A stretch of DNA of 64,000 nt. Origin: Pseudomonadota bacterium (GTDB lineage Bacteria > Desulfobacterota > Desulfobacteria > Desulfobacterales > RPRI01). The notes beneath the pieces were generated by a model. It was not told where the DNA came from. It searched no databases and was given only the letters and a program-made list of their open reading frames with translations. Every line of letters begins with the position of its first letter. The stretch's first letter is position 1. A program made the position numbers and the translations under genes. The stretch spans positions 10,668 through 74,667 of the forward strand of contig JBDRRF010000045.1 in assembly GCA_043825875.1 (NCBI GenBank). Reading direction: 5' to 3'. Positions 41,184 to 51,392 of the stretch are shown here, piece by piece.

Positions 41184-43140
41184 AAAGTCTTTAATTATAA
41201 ATCTATTTGCAGTACTGCTATTTTTTTCAATTTACCCTATGTCTGCCTTCGCAAATGAATATGATGCTGCTGTTTTGTATGATGGTTCAGGAAGTATGCA
41301 GGGCTTTTATCGTGCACACAGTATAACTAATCTCAACGAGAATTTGCATGATATTTTAACTGGACTGGGCTTTGCCGTAAAATCGTCTGTTTTTGTGTCA
41401 GAAAATGATACTAGTTTAATTCCTCTGTCCGAATTTATAAATGATCCGCATCCACCATGGGGACCCACAACACGTCTTGATGAAGCGTTGTCACTTGTTA
41501 TGGAAAAGCAGATTATAGTTTTTGTTACCGATAATGTCCAAGACACAGGGGAAGATAAGTATTCCAGCACCCGTTCTTTTTACGACATGCTTGATTATGA
41601 TTCTGTGCACGCTGTTCTTTTACTGCCTATACGAAAACCTTTTGATGGTATTTTGGATTTTGATAAGAATCGCTATCCCAACAGTGATAAATTGATTGAG
41701 GATCTCAAAAAGAAAAACAATGAAAGCATTATTTTTAGTAAGGCTGAAAACAATAAAAAGTATAATAAGATAAATATGAAAGGGGAAAAGTCCCTGGCTG
41801 TATATTTTATTTTCAATCAAATGCTTCCAAAAAAACAAATGGATTATTTCATGGAAGCTGTTCAGAGCAATTGTAATGTTGAACCATTTATAGTAAAGCC
41901 AATCAACCAGGGGAAATTTATTATAAAGGGGGTGAATAACAAGACTATAGTGGAGAATGCCTTTTCCTTGCTTGAGGAGACTTGTAATCCGAGAGATTCA
42001 GAGGTGTTTTCCCGTCCAAGACCTAATTGTGCTTTAGAAGAACCGCCATCAGGCATTTACTCCCCGATTTTTAAAACCTCTGAAAATAATTATGGCCTTT
42101 ATTTAGTTTCAAAAAAAGATAAATTTCTTTTAAACAAAACAAATTCTCTGCGCTTTTATTTCTCTCTTTTAAATAAATCCAGAGCCATTGATCTTGCTGG
42201 AATTAAAGGTGATTGTAAAAAAGATGTTAGGATTACTTTGGCGGATCTTCAATACAGTCTGCCACATTCTTTGCACAAAATGGTTAGAGCAAAACAGAGC
42301 ATAAAAGGGGGGATAATCCCGCCATTTATTCCATATAATGTGAGCCATGTTACTGATTATACCTTAGAAAACAATCAATTATCTGTTTTTTTTACTGAAA
42401 TCAAAATGCCGGCATATGAAACATTAATCTCATTGAAATCACTATATAGATTTGCTTTTTTGTCCTATGTTCCTGCTATGGTTAAGGGAAGAATAAATGT
42501 TAGCGTACCGATCGGTAATATTTCCATAACTAAGGATTATGCAAAGAAATATTTTACAAAATCTGAGCTTGATCAGAGTCGCATCTTTACACCGGTAGAC
42601 ATTGTACATTATATCAGTAAAAAACCCGTTGAGCTCCGTTTTGATTTTGTTTCGAAAAACATTGAATTACAACCCCCGCTATGGATAAAAATACCGGTTT
42701 ATCTCTTCTTAATATTCATACTCTTGGTTACAGTATATATAGCGATAAGTATAATGACACGTCATTATTTGTTGTTTGAAGATAACGGCAAAGCAATTGA
42801 AGTATATTTGCCTTTTCCTTTCACTAAAAGACAATACGCCAGGGAAGGAGAAACAATATTCTATGTCTACAGAGGATTTATTTATTATTTTATAAAATGT
42901 CCAAATTATTGCAATCTGAAAATTGATGATATTCCCACAAACTCAGTAATGATTAGATTAAACTCCTCATTCATTATTGAAAATTCACATATGAAGATTG
43001 TAGTAGAACCGGTTGATTATGGCAAATATTCAAATGTAGAGCATGAAGAATTATCAATTGTTGAAAAGAAAAAGAAGAAAAAAGAAAAAGAAGAAAAAAC
43101 TAACTATCCTGATAATGATTATAGTAATATGTTTGATTAA
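41170..43140 (+). CDS. Exported, membrane-anchored vWA-domain protein
   Basis: Signal peptide ending SAFA; MIDAS elements DGSGSM, T(TRLDEAL) and VFVTDN; TM near aa 505-530; short cytoplasmic domain with a charged tail. Confidence 0.82.
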   Translation: MLKHRKSLIINLFAVLLFFSIYPMSAFANEYDAAVLYDGSGSMQGFYRAHSITNLNENLHDILTGLGFAVKSSVFVSENDTSLIPLSEFINDPHPPWGPTTRLDEALSLVMEKQIIVFVTDNVQDTGEDKYSSTRSFYDMLDYDSVHAVLLLPIRKPFDGILDFDKNRYPNSDKLIEDLKKKNNESIIFSKAENNKKYNKINMKGEKSLAVYFIFNQMLPKKQMDYFMEAVQSNCNVEPFIVKPINQGKFIIKGVNNKTIVENAFSLLEETCNPRDSEVFSRPRPNCALEEPPSGIYSPIFKTSENNYGLYLVSKKDKFLLNKTNSLRFYFSLLNKSRAIDLAGIKGDCKKDVRITLADLQYSLPHSLHKMVRAKQSIKGGIIPPFIPYNVSHVTDYTLENNQLSVFFTEIKMPAYETLISLKSLYRFAFLSYVPAMVKGRINVSVPIGNISITKDYAKKYFTKSELDQSRIFTPVDIVHYISKKPVELRFDFVSKNIELQPPLWIKIPVYLFLIFILLVTVYIAISIMTRHYLLFEDNGKAIEVYLPFPFTKRQYAREGETIFYVYRGFIYYFIKCPNYCNLKIDDIPTNSVMIRLNSSFIIENSHMKIVVEPVDYGKYSNVEHEELSIVEKKKKKKEKEEKTNYPDNDYSNMFD

Positions 43141-43151
43141 GGAGCAGTAAT

Positions 43152-43652
43152 ATGAATAGAAAAATACAAATTTTTATTATAATAGTCTTACTTGCCTTAA
43201 CAGGAAGTATCTTGCAATGGGGTTTGATAAGCCATGGCCCATTTTATGCCCATGCAGGTGATAAATTAGACTGGGAAAAAGGCAGTGAAGGCCGGGATAA
43301 TCCTTCTGATGGTTATTATAATATATTATTTAAAACAGAGAATCTACTTTTGAAAGTATGCATTTTTGTTTTAATAGTACTGGTACTTTATATTTTATTC
43401 TGGACAATTTTTAATTTCCGCATCAAACAAAACAAATCTCCAGCAAAAGCCTTTACCGTTTTTTTCTCACTTTTCATGCTAAGCATAATTCCGGCAGTAT
43501 TTATCTGTTTTTCTGAATATGCCATGTTACAGACGTATGACAGCCAAATGACATATTTCTCACAGATCAACTGGATATATGTCGGCTTGTTTTGTTGCAT
43601 TTGGGTTCCCCTATCCATTGGGATGACATCTTTTTTAAAAGGTAGAACGTAG
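43152..43652 (+). CDS. Small multi-pass membrane protein
   Basis: Four hydrophobic segments; AGGAG RBS. Confidence 0.75.
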   Translation: MNRKIQIFIIIVLLALTGSILQWGLISHGPFYAHAGDKLDWEKGSEGRDNPSDGYYNILFKTENLLLKVCIFVLIVLVLYILFWTIFNFRIKQNKSPAKAFTVFFSLFMLSIIPAVFICFSEYAMLQTYDSQMTYFSQINWIYVGLFCCIWVPLSIGMTSFLKGRT

Positions 43653-43678
43653 TCAAATCAAAACATCAGGAGACAAAA

Positions 43679-46600
43679 ATGAAAACAGAATTGCGATATG
43701 GCAATGCCCAACAAGGGAATCAACTGTTTAATATTTCTCCCACCTTAATTATCGGATTGGGTGGTTCAGGAAAAGAAGTACTCATGCGGTTAAGAAGATT
43801 GTTTTATATGGACACCAAGACAACCGGGTTGCCAATTATCGAATACCTTTGGATTGATACAGACCCTCGCCGTCAAGACATCTCCGGTAAAGACTATGAT
43901 GCGATATCTAAAAAGTTATATTTTGAAAGTCCGGAAATAATTGACGCGGAAGTACAACCTGATGAAATCAATCATTATTTTAATCGTAAAAATAGGTATC
44001 AGCATATCTTTGAGTGGCTACATCCATCTATCAGTGATTTAGGGGATAATATGCTCAAATCAGGAGCCGGGCAAGTAAGACCTTGTGGTAGACTGGCTTT
44101 TTTCCACCATTATAATACAATTAGCCAGGTTATTAACCAGAAAATAAACCGTATCAGTAATGCAAACGCATACAAAGAAACCCTATCAAAAGGCTATATT
44201 GTCGACAATAACAGATTAGACGCATATATAGTATCTTCCATAGGCGGTGGTACAGGCGCGGGTATGTTAATCGATTGTGCTTTTCTATTAAAAAATCTTC
44301 AAGCAAATATCAATAACATCGGTATGCTTTTTCTTCCAACCGTGTTTGATAATATACCAGGTATAAATGATACATTTAGAAGCAAGATTCACGCAAATGG
44401 GTATGCCGCTTTAATGGAGCTTGATTATTTTATGGCCCCAAATGTTGGGACAAATATTGTTAATGCCAATTTTCCAAGATTTACGTTTAAATGGGATGGA
44501 CAGGAACATGAAATTGCCGCTCCTCCTTTTTTAAATGCATATATGATAGATGCAAAAAACAGCTCTAATAAAGCATTACAAAATAATACGGAATTGTTTC
44601 AAATGGTTGCGGAGGCGATGTACCTGGAATTTTCAAAATCGAAGTTTGGCGATAACAAGAGAAGTATTCGCAGCAATTTGACTCAATTTTTAAATGATGA
44701 AACCCGATTTTATGATACAGACGCGGAAGGCAATGAAATTTATTCCCAGTATTTTCCCAATCGCTATTTTTCCTTTGGTCTTTCATCCATAAAACTTGAT
44801 ATTGCAAGAAAAAAAAATGCGGCCGCCTATTTTTTGGCCCAATCAATTCTGGGTTTATGGGATTCCGGTAAGCCTGCGAAAAATGGAGTTTCTACGGAAG
44901 TCAAACAGGCGTTTAGGAAATATGACGGCGAGGTTTGGAATTACAAATCCATGCGGGAGCATTTTACTAAAGATGATGATAAACAGCAATGCTTGGACAA
45001 TTTTTATAAAAATAAAATACAGCAGGATTTTGAGTTGATTGGAAAAAGGATTCAAGATCAATTCAGGCATAATACAGTGAAAGAGATGTTTGATTTTTAT
45101 GAAACGCGATTAAAAGACACATTCAATGAAATTATAGAAGATGTGGAAAATGATATTTGGCACAAACAAATCAATAACATCAATACTTCCCTTGGGCCAA
45201 ATGGAAGCCATGCCAATCAAATCAACAAAAATGCGGAAAGCTGTTTTGATGACATGAAAATCTCTTTTTTTACTGAATTCAATAAATTTATCGCACTTCC
45301 CGGTGAGTTGGAAAATAAAAAAGGCAGAGAACAAGCTGCGCAATTTTTAAAAGAGTCTGTTGCAAAGCTAAAGAGTATTAAAGGAGAAGACTTTGACAGT
45401 AGGAAATACGACTCAGAAAAAGAAAATTCCTTTAAAGATCATGAAAAACCAGGAAAAGATGAAAATATATCTAAGCAACTGCAATTTTTAGTAGAAGCCA
45501 GACAGATAAAGGCACCGCTTTATTGTAAAACATCGGTAGGATATCATCAGAATGCCGTTGATGCTAAATTAAAGCAGTATATCAGTGATGTAGAAAATAA
45601 ATTGCAGAATATAATAGATCTTATGAAAGATGCCCTTTTAGAATGGTGTGAAATTCGATATCATAACGTCGTTTGTGAAAAAGCCTGGACGATTCTGGAT
45701 AATCTTTGTGAGGAGTTATCAGTTGAGGTAAAAATCGGACACGGTGCAGATGAAAAGACCGAATGGAGGGGGTTATCCGGTACGCTTGATCAGTATCACC
45801 AGGGATTGATCAGATGCAAGAAACGGTGTAAAGACCTGTTTGATGCCTATAACACCGAAGAAAAGCAAATACGCAACCATGATATTGTTATGGATTCTGG
45901 TGAAGCTTGGTATTTAGAAAAGATACATAGAACACTTCGAACAACTTACGCTGACGGAAACGCGCTTTCATGGGAGGATATCCTTGATAGGGAAACGGAT
46001 AAATATTTTGAAGATATAGTTAATGCAATACCTAACAATATGCTTCCGGAAGATGGCATAATTAATCGCAAGTGGGGCTTTAAATACTTATTTCAAGAAT
46101 TATCAAAACTAGACACATATCGTGAAAATAAGATCACTGATCATTTGGATTATTTTTGTAAAAACCGGCTTGACGGTTTCCTTTCAGATATTGATGCAGA
46201 TACTGAATTCCAAAGAGATCTTAAATATGAACAGATACTAAAACATATTACCTCTCTATCAGATTATTACATCCCATCATCTAAATGGATCAATACAATT
46301 CAAAATGACTTGCCATCTAAACGTATTATCGGAATTCCAGACCTGAATAATTTTCAAACGTTTGATACGGCGCAAAGAATTACTCAATATGCAGGGTGTG
46401 ATGTTTTTAAACATAATCCCGGAAACCTGATATTTTATTCAGAGTTGGCTGCTTTTCCGATGGTTGGAATTGGGGGGCTTGAAAATTCTCGCAAATTTTA
46501 TTTGGAGATATTGAAAAACAAGAATTTTCTTTACCATAGACACCTTGATTATACAATTATTGATGATTTAAGGGATATCCTTCCGCCTGAAAACGAAACA

Positions 46601-47134
46601 AAATCTCTTGATCGTTACAAGACAGGCCTTGATTTAATTGAAGCACTGATGCTCGGTATTTTGGATTATGATAAAGAAAAAGGAACGCTTAATTTTCTAC
46701 CACCTTTAGGCGATGTGCGGCTTGATAATATTATACTGGGTAAAAGTTTCCACCGAGCAGTACAGATATTATCGATGAACAATAAATATCATAATATTCT
46801 TACAGACCAGATCGAAAAAAGAAAAGCCACCATAAAATCACAAGGGCGCGATCTTAATTTTGAAATACTCATTCTAATCAACCACTATCAAAATAATGTC
46901 TATTTACCTCTTCAGAGGGGAGGCTATGGACTTGTTACCAATGAAAAGAGCAACACCCAAATTCTTTTAGACGGTTTGAGAGAGCAATACAGGCAGGATT
47001 CGATATCGCAGACTGGGAAACAAATTGATTGGGAGAAAATTCAACAACAAACCGATACCATAGATGAAATTTCAGATGTTTTTCCTTTTAAAGAAAAAGA
47101 AGCAAAGGCTGATTTAAGAATGCTGAAGGTTTAG
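43679..47134 (+). CDS. Tubulin/FtsZ-like GTPase (Tubulin_2 / FtsZl-type) with long helical C-terminus
   Basis: IIGLGGSG, IDTD, GAGQVRPCGRLAF, signature SIGGGTGAG (~44243) and ANGYAALMEL. Confidence 0.92.
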   Translation: MKTELRYGNAQQGNQLFNISPTLIIGLGGSGKEVLMRLRRLFYMDTKTTGLPIIEYLWIDTDPRRQDISGKDYDAISKKLYFESPEIIDAEVQPDEINHYFNRKNRYQHIFEWLHPSISDLGDNMLKSGAGQVRPCGRLAFFHHYNTISQVINQKINRISNANAYKETLSKGYIVDNNRLDAYIVSSIGGGTGAGMLIDCAFLLKNLQANINNIGMLFLPTVFDNIPGINDTFRSKIHANGYAALMELDYFMAPNVGTNIVNANFPRFTFKWDGQEHEIAAPPFLNAYMIDAKNSSNKALQNNTELFQMVAEAMYLEFSKSKFGDNKRSIRSNLTQFLNDETRFYDTDAEGNEIYSQYFPNRYFSFGLSSIKLDIARKKNAAAYFLAQSILGLWDSGKPAKNGVSTEVKQAFRKYDGEVWNYKSMREHFTKDDDKQQCLDNFYKNKIQQDFELIGKRIQDQFRHNTVKEMFDFYETRLKDTFNEIIEDVENDIWHKQINNINTSLGPNGSHANQINKNAESCFDDMKISFFTEFNKFIALPGELENKKGREQAAQFLKESVAKLKSIKGEDFDSRKYDSEKENSFKDHEKPGKDENISKQLQFLVEARQIKAPLYCKTSVGYHQNAVDAKLKQYISDVENKLQNIIDLMKDALLEWCEIRYHNVVCEKAWTILDNLCEELSVEVKIGHGADEKTEWRGLSGTLDQYHQGLIRCKKRCKDLFDAYNTEEKQIRNHDIVMDSGEAWYLEKIHRTLRTTYADGNALSWEDILDRETDKYFEDIVNAIPNNMLPEDGIINRKWGFKYLFQELSKLDTYRENKITDHLDYFCKNRLDGFLSDIDADTEFQRDLKYEQILKHITSLSDYYIPSSKWINTIQNDLPSKRIIGIPDLNNFQTFDTAQRITQYAGCDVFKHNPGNLIFYSELAAFPMVGIGGLENSRKFYLEILKNKNFLYHRHLDYTIIDDLRDILPPENETKSLDRYKTGLDLIEALMLGILDYDKEKGTLNFLPPLGDVRLDNIILGKSFHRAVQILSMNNKYHNILTDQIEKRKATIKSQGRDLNFEILILINHYQNNVYLPLQRGGYGLVTNEKSNTQILLDGLREQYRQDSISQTGKQIDWEKIQQQTDTIDEISDVFPFKEKEAKADLRMLKV

Positions 47135-47143
47135 GAGTATCAT

Positions 47144-49879
47144 ATGCTTTGTACCCAATGTGGCTGGATGTTTGATGAAAAAACCGACTGGTTTTGTTCT
47201 GGATGTGGGAAAAAAATTCGTGAGATAGCGGTTGACGATAATAAAACGCAATACACCCTTTATTACGGTAGAGGATCGTCACCTCTTAAAATTTCCATAG
47301 AAAATATAGGTGAATTTCCGGTCCAAATAACAAAATGGCAGTTGGTAAATCTCAAGGCCCTTAAATGTTTATGCGATGGCCGTAAACATGCGCCGGTAGC
47401 TCTTTTGAGCAATGATACAAAAGTAATTGAAATTAATTTTGACGATTCAGGATTGCCGTTTACCCAAGCAGGAATACTGAAAATTTATGCAGGAATTATT
47501 CCACCTATACAAGTTGTTATTATCTGTACTCCTGTACCGGGCTTTATCTTCCATATTGGGAATGAACTTGTGCGAAACAGCAAGGTTTGCTGTCTTGGCG
47601 ATCTTTCGAAGGAAATTGAATTGCCCTTAAAAATAGAAGTGCGTCATGCGCACCGTGTAAAATGGACTAAGTTCAGGATGTATCCAAAAAATCATCCTGA
47701 ACGATCTTTTCCCTTACCCAGCGGGTTAGAATTTCCGGTTGACTTGTTCGAAGGTATTCCATCAGAAATTTGTTGTCCATTAGGAAGAATTACAGGAGCA
47801 GAAGTAATTTGCGCTGAATTTCTATTTGAGAATTGTCAACCCGAAACTTTTACTATCGATATAATTCCCAAAGCCAAAATTAAGCACGAGCAAGATTTTA
47901 ACCCCATAAACGAAAATGCATTTATTAAGGGAAAATCAGGTCCACGAAACATAGAAATATCATTAGTAAATGATGGTGGTGTTGGGGCTGATATTGTTGA
48001 TATCAAAATTGACAACTTGTCTAAAAGTTGGATGAATCTGGTGTTGGCGATAGATAACCCAAAATTGATGCCATACGGTGATTCCAAAAGTAGGTTTGTT
48101 ATTAAAATAGATCCGGCAATGATTAAGAACACTCTTGAAGAAGGTCGGATTCAGATTGTTTATAGAGAAGACGATATAAGCAAAATTCAAACCCAGGAAA
48201 TATTCATCCCAGTTGAAGTAAAATATTCTGAAACATTGCCTTTTCCTATTGGAATTGACTTCGGAAACACAAGCACCTGTGTATCCTATTTTAACCCTAA
48301 AATAAATGAGTTTGAACTTGTGGCTCTGGATGAATTTAATGGTGAAAAAAAATATGAGTTTCCCACCATAATTGAGTTTAATCGATTTTGTGCTCCGGGA
48401 GAACATGAATCCGGTACCGGCTTTGGATATGGGTATTTGCTGGGTGAAACAAGATATGCTGTAGAAGAAAGAGGAGATAATCTATTAAATAGAGCATGGC
48501 ATTTTAAACAGGGTTTGGGACAAAATAAACCTATTAGCAAGCTTGATAGAACACATGGCAGATTGAGACAATTTACAGCAGAAGTTCTAACTAAATATTT
48601 TATCAAAGAAGTAATCCAAAGGTTTGAGGAAAACACCGGATACGATGTGAAAAGTATTATTCTAACCTATCCTGCCGGCTTTATGGATGACCAAATTAAA
48701 AGCCTGAAAAACGTTGTTGAACAGATTAAACCTGATTTGGAAATTATCACTGAAATAAGTGAACCTGAGGCACTTGCACTGCATTATCTTAATAAAAAGG
48801 AAATAATAAAGGATAAAGAAATATTTGCGGTATTTGACTATGGCGGAAGCTCGACTGATATTACCATAGGACAGATTAGTTGTGAAGATGGTGAAAAAGA
48901 GATCGAAGTATTGGTTAGCATGGGCAGCAACCAGCTGGGTGGGGACCTTTTGACGTTTGAAATCGCAAAAAGTATTTATAATAAAATCCAGGATGAGTTT
49001 AAAAGAACAAAGAAGGAAATCGATATGCTGTTTCCGATGAAACTGGATGATATTTTTTTAATATCACATTCAGAAAAAGAAACGCGATTTAATTTTATGA
49101 ATTTAATGAATAAGGCGGAAATGATTAAAACAAATAGAGAAGGACTTTATTGGAAGCTATGTGATCATCAAGAAATTCCTGTTGAAATTCATTCCTTTCA
49201 TAGGGTTAGAGGTCAATTTGAACCAATCCGGGTCAATTACAATATTGAAGATTTTAAAAATGTAGCAGAAAGATATATACAGCAAGGTCTGAATCACCTC
49301 AATGGGATGCTGCAGCATCTTAAGGAGCATGAGATTATAGAAAAAAACTGTTTTCTGGATTTCGTGGTGCTGGGAGGAAATTCATCTAGGTTAGAATTAG
49401 TTAAAAAATTAGCAAGAGATATTCTTGGACTAGATGAAAACAACATTTTCTTTGAAAGCGAAATTACAAAAACCGGTGTGGCATCTGGCGCGGCCCTTTA
49501 TGGAATGAAAATGCAAGATCCAGACAGTGATATTGTTTTTATCAATAATAGACGTGTTCGATATCCAATAGGTATCTACAAGCCTAATTCCTTTGATGTA
49601 ATATTTCCTGCAGGTGCTCAAATTGGTGCAACTATTAAACGACAATGGAAACCGGTCAAATTGTTTCTTTATAGAAATTTGGATCCGTCCAACCTAACCC
49701 ATTCATCTTTGGAACCTGTGACAGATGTTGGATATGATCTATCCCGGTATAAATCTGATAGTTCTAAAAAAATAACTTTTTATCTGACACTATCGGAAAA
49801 TGGTGTGAAAATTCAGCCCGAGAATAATGCGGAATCATCCAATAATGATTCGGATTTAATAGAGTTTAAATGGTATTGA
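47144..49879 (+). CDS. Atypical Hsp70-family ATPase with N-terminal double zinc ribbon and Ig-like domains
   Basis: CTQCG..CSGCG; Ig-like NIGEFPVQI and NDGGVGADIVDI; Hsp70 motifs IGIDFGNTST, LTYPA, ISEPEALA, FDYGGSSTDI, LGGD and LGGNSSR; short C-terminus. Confidence 0.88.
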   Translation: MLCTQCGWMFDEKTDWFCSGCGKKIREIAVDDNKTQYTLYYGRGSSPLKISIENIGEFPVQITKWQLVNLKALKCLCDGRKHAPVALLSNDTKVIEINFDDSGLPFTQAGILKIYAGIIPPIQVVIICTPVPGFIFHIGNELVRNSKVCCLGDLSKEIELPLKIEVRHAHRVKWTKFRMYPKNHPERSFPLPSGLEFPVDLFEGIPSEICCPLGRITGAEVICAEFLFENCQPETFTIDIIPKAKIKHEQDFNPINENAFIKGKSGPRNIEISLVNDGGVGADIVDIKIDNLSKSWMNLVLAIDNPKLMPYGDSKSRFVIKIDPAMIKNTLEEGRIQIVYREDDISKIQTQEIFIPVEVKYSETLPFPIGIDFGNTSTCVSYFNPKINEFELVALDEFNGEKKYEFPTIIEFNRFCAPGEHESGTGFGYGYLLGETRYAVEERGDNLLNRAWHFKQGLGQNKPISKLDRTHGRLRQFTAEVLTKYFIKEVIQRFEENTGYDVKSIILTYPAGFMDDQIKSLKNVVEQIKPDLEIITEISEPEALALHYLNKKEIIKDKEIFAVFDYGGSSTDITIGQISCEDGEKEIEVLVSMGSNQLGGDLLTFEIAKSIYNKIQDEFKRTKKEIDMLFPMKLDDIFLISHSEKETRFNFMNLMNKAEMIKTNREGLYWKLCDHQEIPVEIHSFHRVRGQFEPIRVNYNIEDFKNVAERYIQQGLNHLNGMLQHLKEHEIIEKNCFLDFVVLGGNSSRLELVKKLARDILGLDENNIFFESEITKTGVASGAALYGMKMQDPDSDIVFINNRRVRYPIGIYKPNSFDVIFPAGAQIGATIKRQWKPVKLFLYRNLDPSNLTHSSLEPVTDVGYDLSRYKSDSSKKITFYLTLSENGVKIQPENNAESSNNDSDLIEFKWY

Positions 49880-49893
49880 AATAAGGTGATACA

Positions 49894-50820
49894 ATGTTTG
49901 AGCGTCTGCTTAATTGGATAGGAAGAAATTCTACTAAAGGTAATAGGCGTACTCATAATATCCCAAGGCCTAATAGTCAAGATTTGCCCTCAAAATTAGA
50001 TAAATTACTAAGAGAAAGCAGGGGATGGACTGATGAAGATCTTAAGGAGATTGTGGAATCAGTTTACTTATTAAATAGCTATTGTTTGAAACTGCGTAAT
50101 GATTTAAGTCAATTGAACCGTCAGGTAAGTTCTGCCATAAATAACCAAAACAGTTCCCTTTTTTTAAATCATTCTCAGGAAATAAACAAAAGTAGTATGT
50201 CTATAGAACCTTTTTCAAAAATATATGAAGATATAGATGTTCAAAACAAATCATTTGTTGAGAAAAAACCTGATAATTTCTCTGCGGATAAATTAAATAA
50301 CTTACTTATGATTTGCCGGAAATATGAGGAGCTATTTGAAGAAGCTATTAAAAGTCTTGATAACAGAAGTTATCAATTGGTTGATAATTTTAACAAAGAG
50401 TTTAAAGTACCAATTAATCAAATTCTGGGACAGAAGTTAAAACTTGAAAAGTCATATCAATATTCTGATCCAAGCAAATACAAAATCTTATTTGAAAATC
50501 TTAATAATATTAATTTAGATTCATTGTCTCTATCCTTATGTGATGCTCTCGAAATGAAAATTACTCATGGTAAAACAAATGCGGATAATCAGAGTAATCC
50601 CATTCTTGAAAAATATATTGGCAAAATAACTGAAATGTTGGATTGGAAAGTGATAAATCCTGAAGCGGGTTCACTATATAACGAAGCCGAACACGATATC
50701 TTTGACCGCCGGCCTGCCGATAATAATAAAAAAGGTGTGATTTATAAAGTTCACAAAAGAGGATTTAAAGATTCAGGGAATAAAATTCTTTTAAAGGCAA
50801 AAGTAGGTATCACAACATAA
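49894..50820 (+). CDS. GrpE-like protein
   Basis: Coiled coil, then a GrpE head-like C-terminus: INPEAGSLYNEAEHDI..GVIYKVHKRGF..ILLKAKV; directly follows the Hsp70-like gene. Confidence 0.75.
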   Translation: MFERLLNWIGRNSTKGNRRTHNIPRPNSQDLPSKLDKLLRESRGWTDEDLKEIVESVYLLNSYCLKLRNDLSQLNRQVSSAINNQNSSLFLNHSQEINKSSMSIEPFSKIYEDIDVQNKSFVEKKPDNFSADKLNNLLMICRKYEELFEEAIKSLDNRSYQLVDNFNKEFKVPINQILGQKLKLEKSYQYSDPSKYKILFENLNNINLDSLSLSLCDALEMKITHGKTNADNQSNPILEKYIGKITEMLDWKVINPEAGSLYNEAEHDIFDRRPADNNKKGVIYKVHKRGFKDSGNKILLKAKVGITT

Positions 50821-50850
50821 ATAATTATTTAACAGGTAGTGTTAATTTAA

Positions 50851-51390
50851 ATGGAAAAAACAGAAATGCTAAAATCGATCGATACAATAGTATCGTCAAT
50901 CGATCTAAAACTCGAAAAAATTATAGATAAGCAAGAAGTTAAAAGAGAAGAAACTATCAATGAAGTAAAATTTTTTTTTGATAACCTTGCTGCAAAAATA
51001 TCTACAACATTTATTGGTGATTTACCGCGTTCACTGGAGTTGCTTGAAATTAAAATTGACGAGCTAATAAAGTATCAAGGAGATTTCAGTTCAAGCTTGT
51101 CCCAGATTTTGGCAGGATATGAGATTAAAATTGAAGAACGGATTAAAGAACAAATAAAATTATTTCAGAAAGAATGTATCGATAATCTGAATCAGCATCA
51201 AAAAATGCATAACGAAAAGTTAAGTGAGTTTATTAGAGCTGTAAATAATTTGTCTAACGTAATTACACAACTGAATAACAGTGTGGACAATTTTGATTCG
51301 GAAAGGTTTGAGCCGGCGATGAAACGGCTGGAAGATACAATAGATAAATTAAGTACAGATAAAAAGAAAGGATTTTTTAAAAGAAAGTAA
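50851..51390 (+). CDS. Coiled-coil protein with basic/aromatic C-terminal tail
   Basis: Heptad-rich sequence ending DKKKGFFKRK. Confidence 0.7.
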   Translation: MEKTEMLKSIDTIVSSIDLKLEKIIDKQEVKREETINEVKFFFDNLAAKISTTFIGDLPRSLELLEIKIDELIKYQGDFSSSLSQILAGYEIKIEERIKEQIKLFQKECIDNLNQHQKMHNEKLSEFIRAVNNLSNVITQLNNSVDNFDSERFEPAMKRLEDTIDKLSTDKKKGFFKRK

Positions 51391-51392
51391 AA

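Noticed and set aside
43679..50820. Housekeeping ftsZ, dnaK and grpE
   Set aside because: Sizes, domain architectures and neighbours do not fit the canonical genes, so no symbols were assigned.
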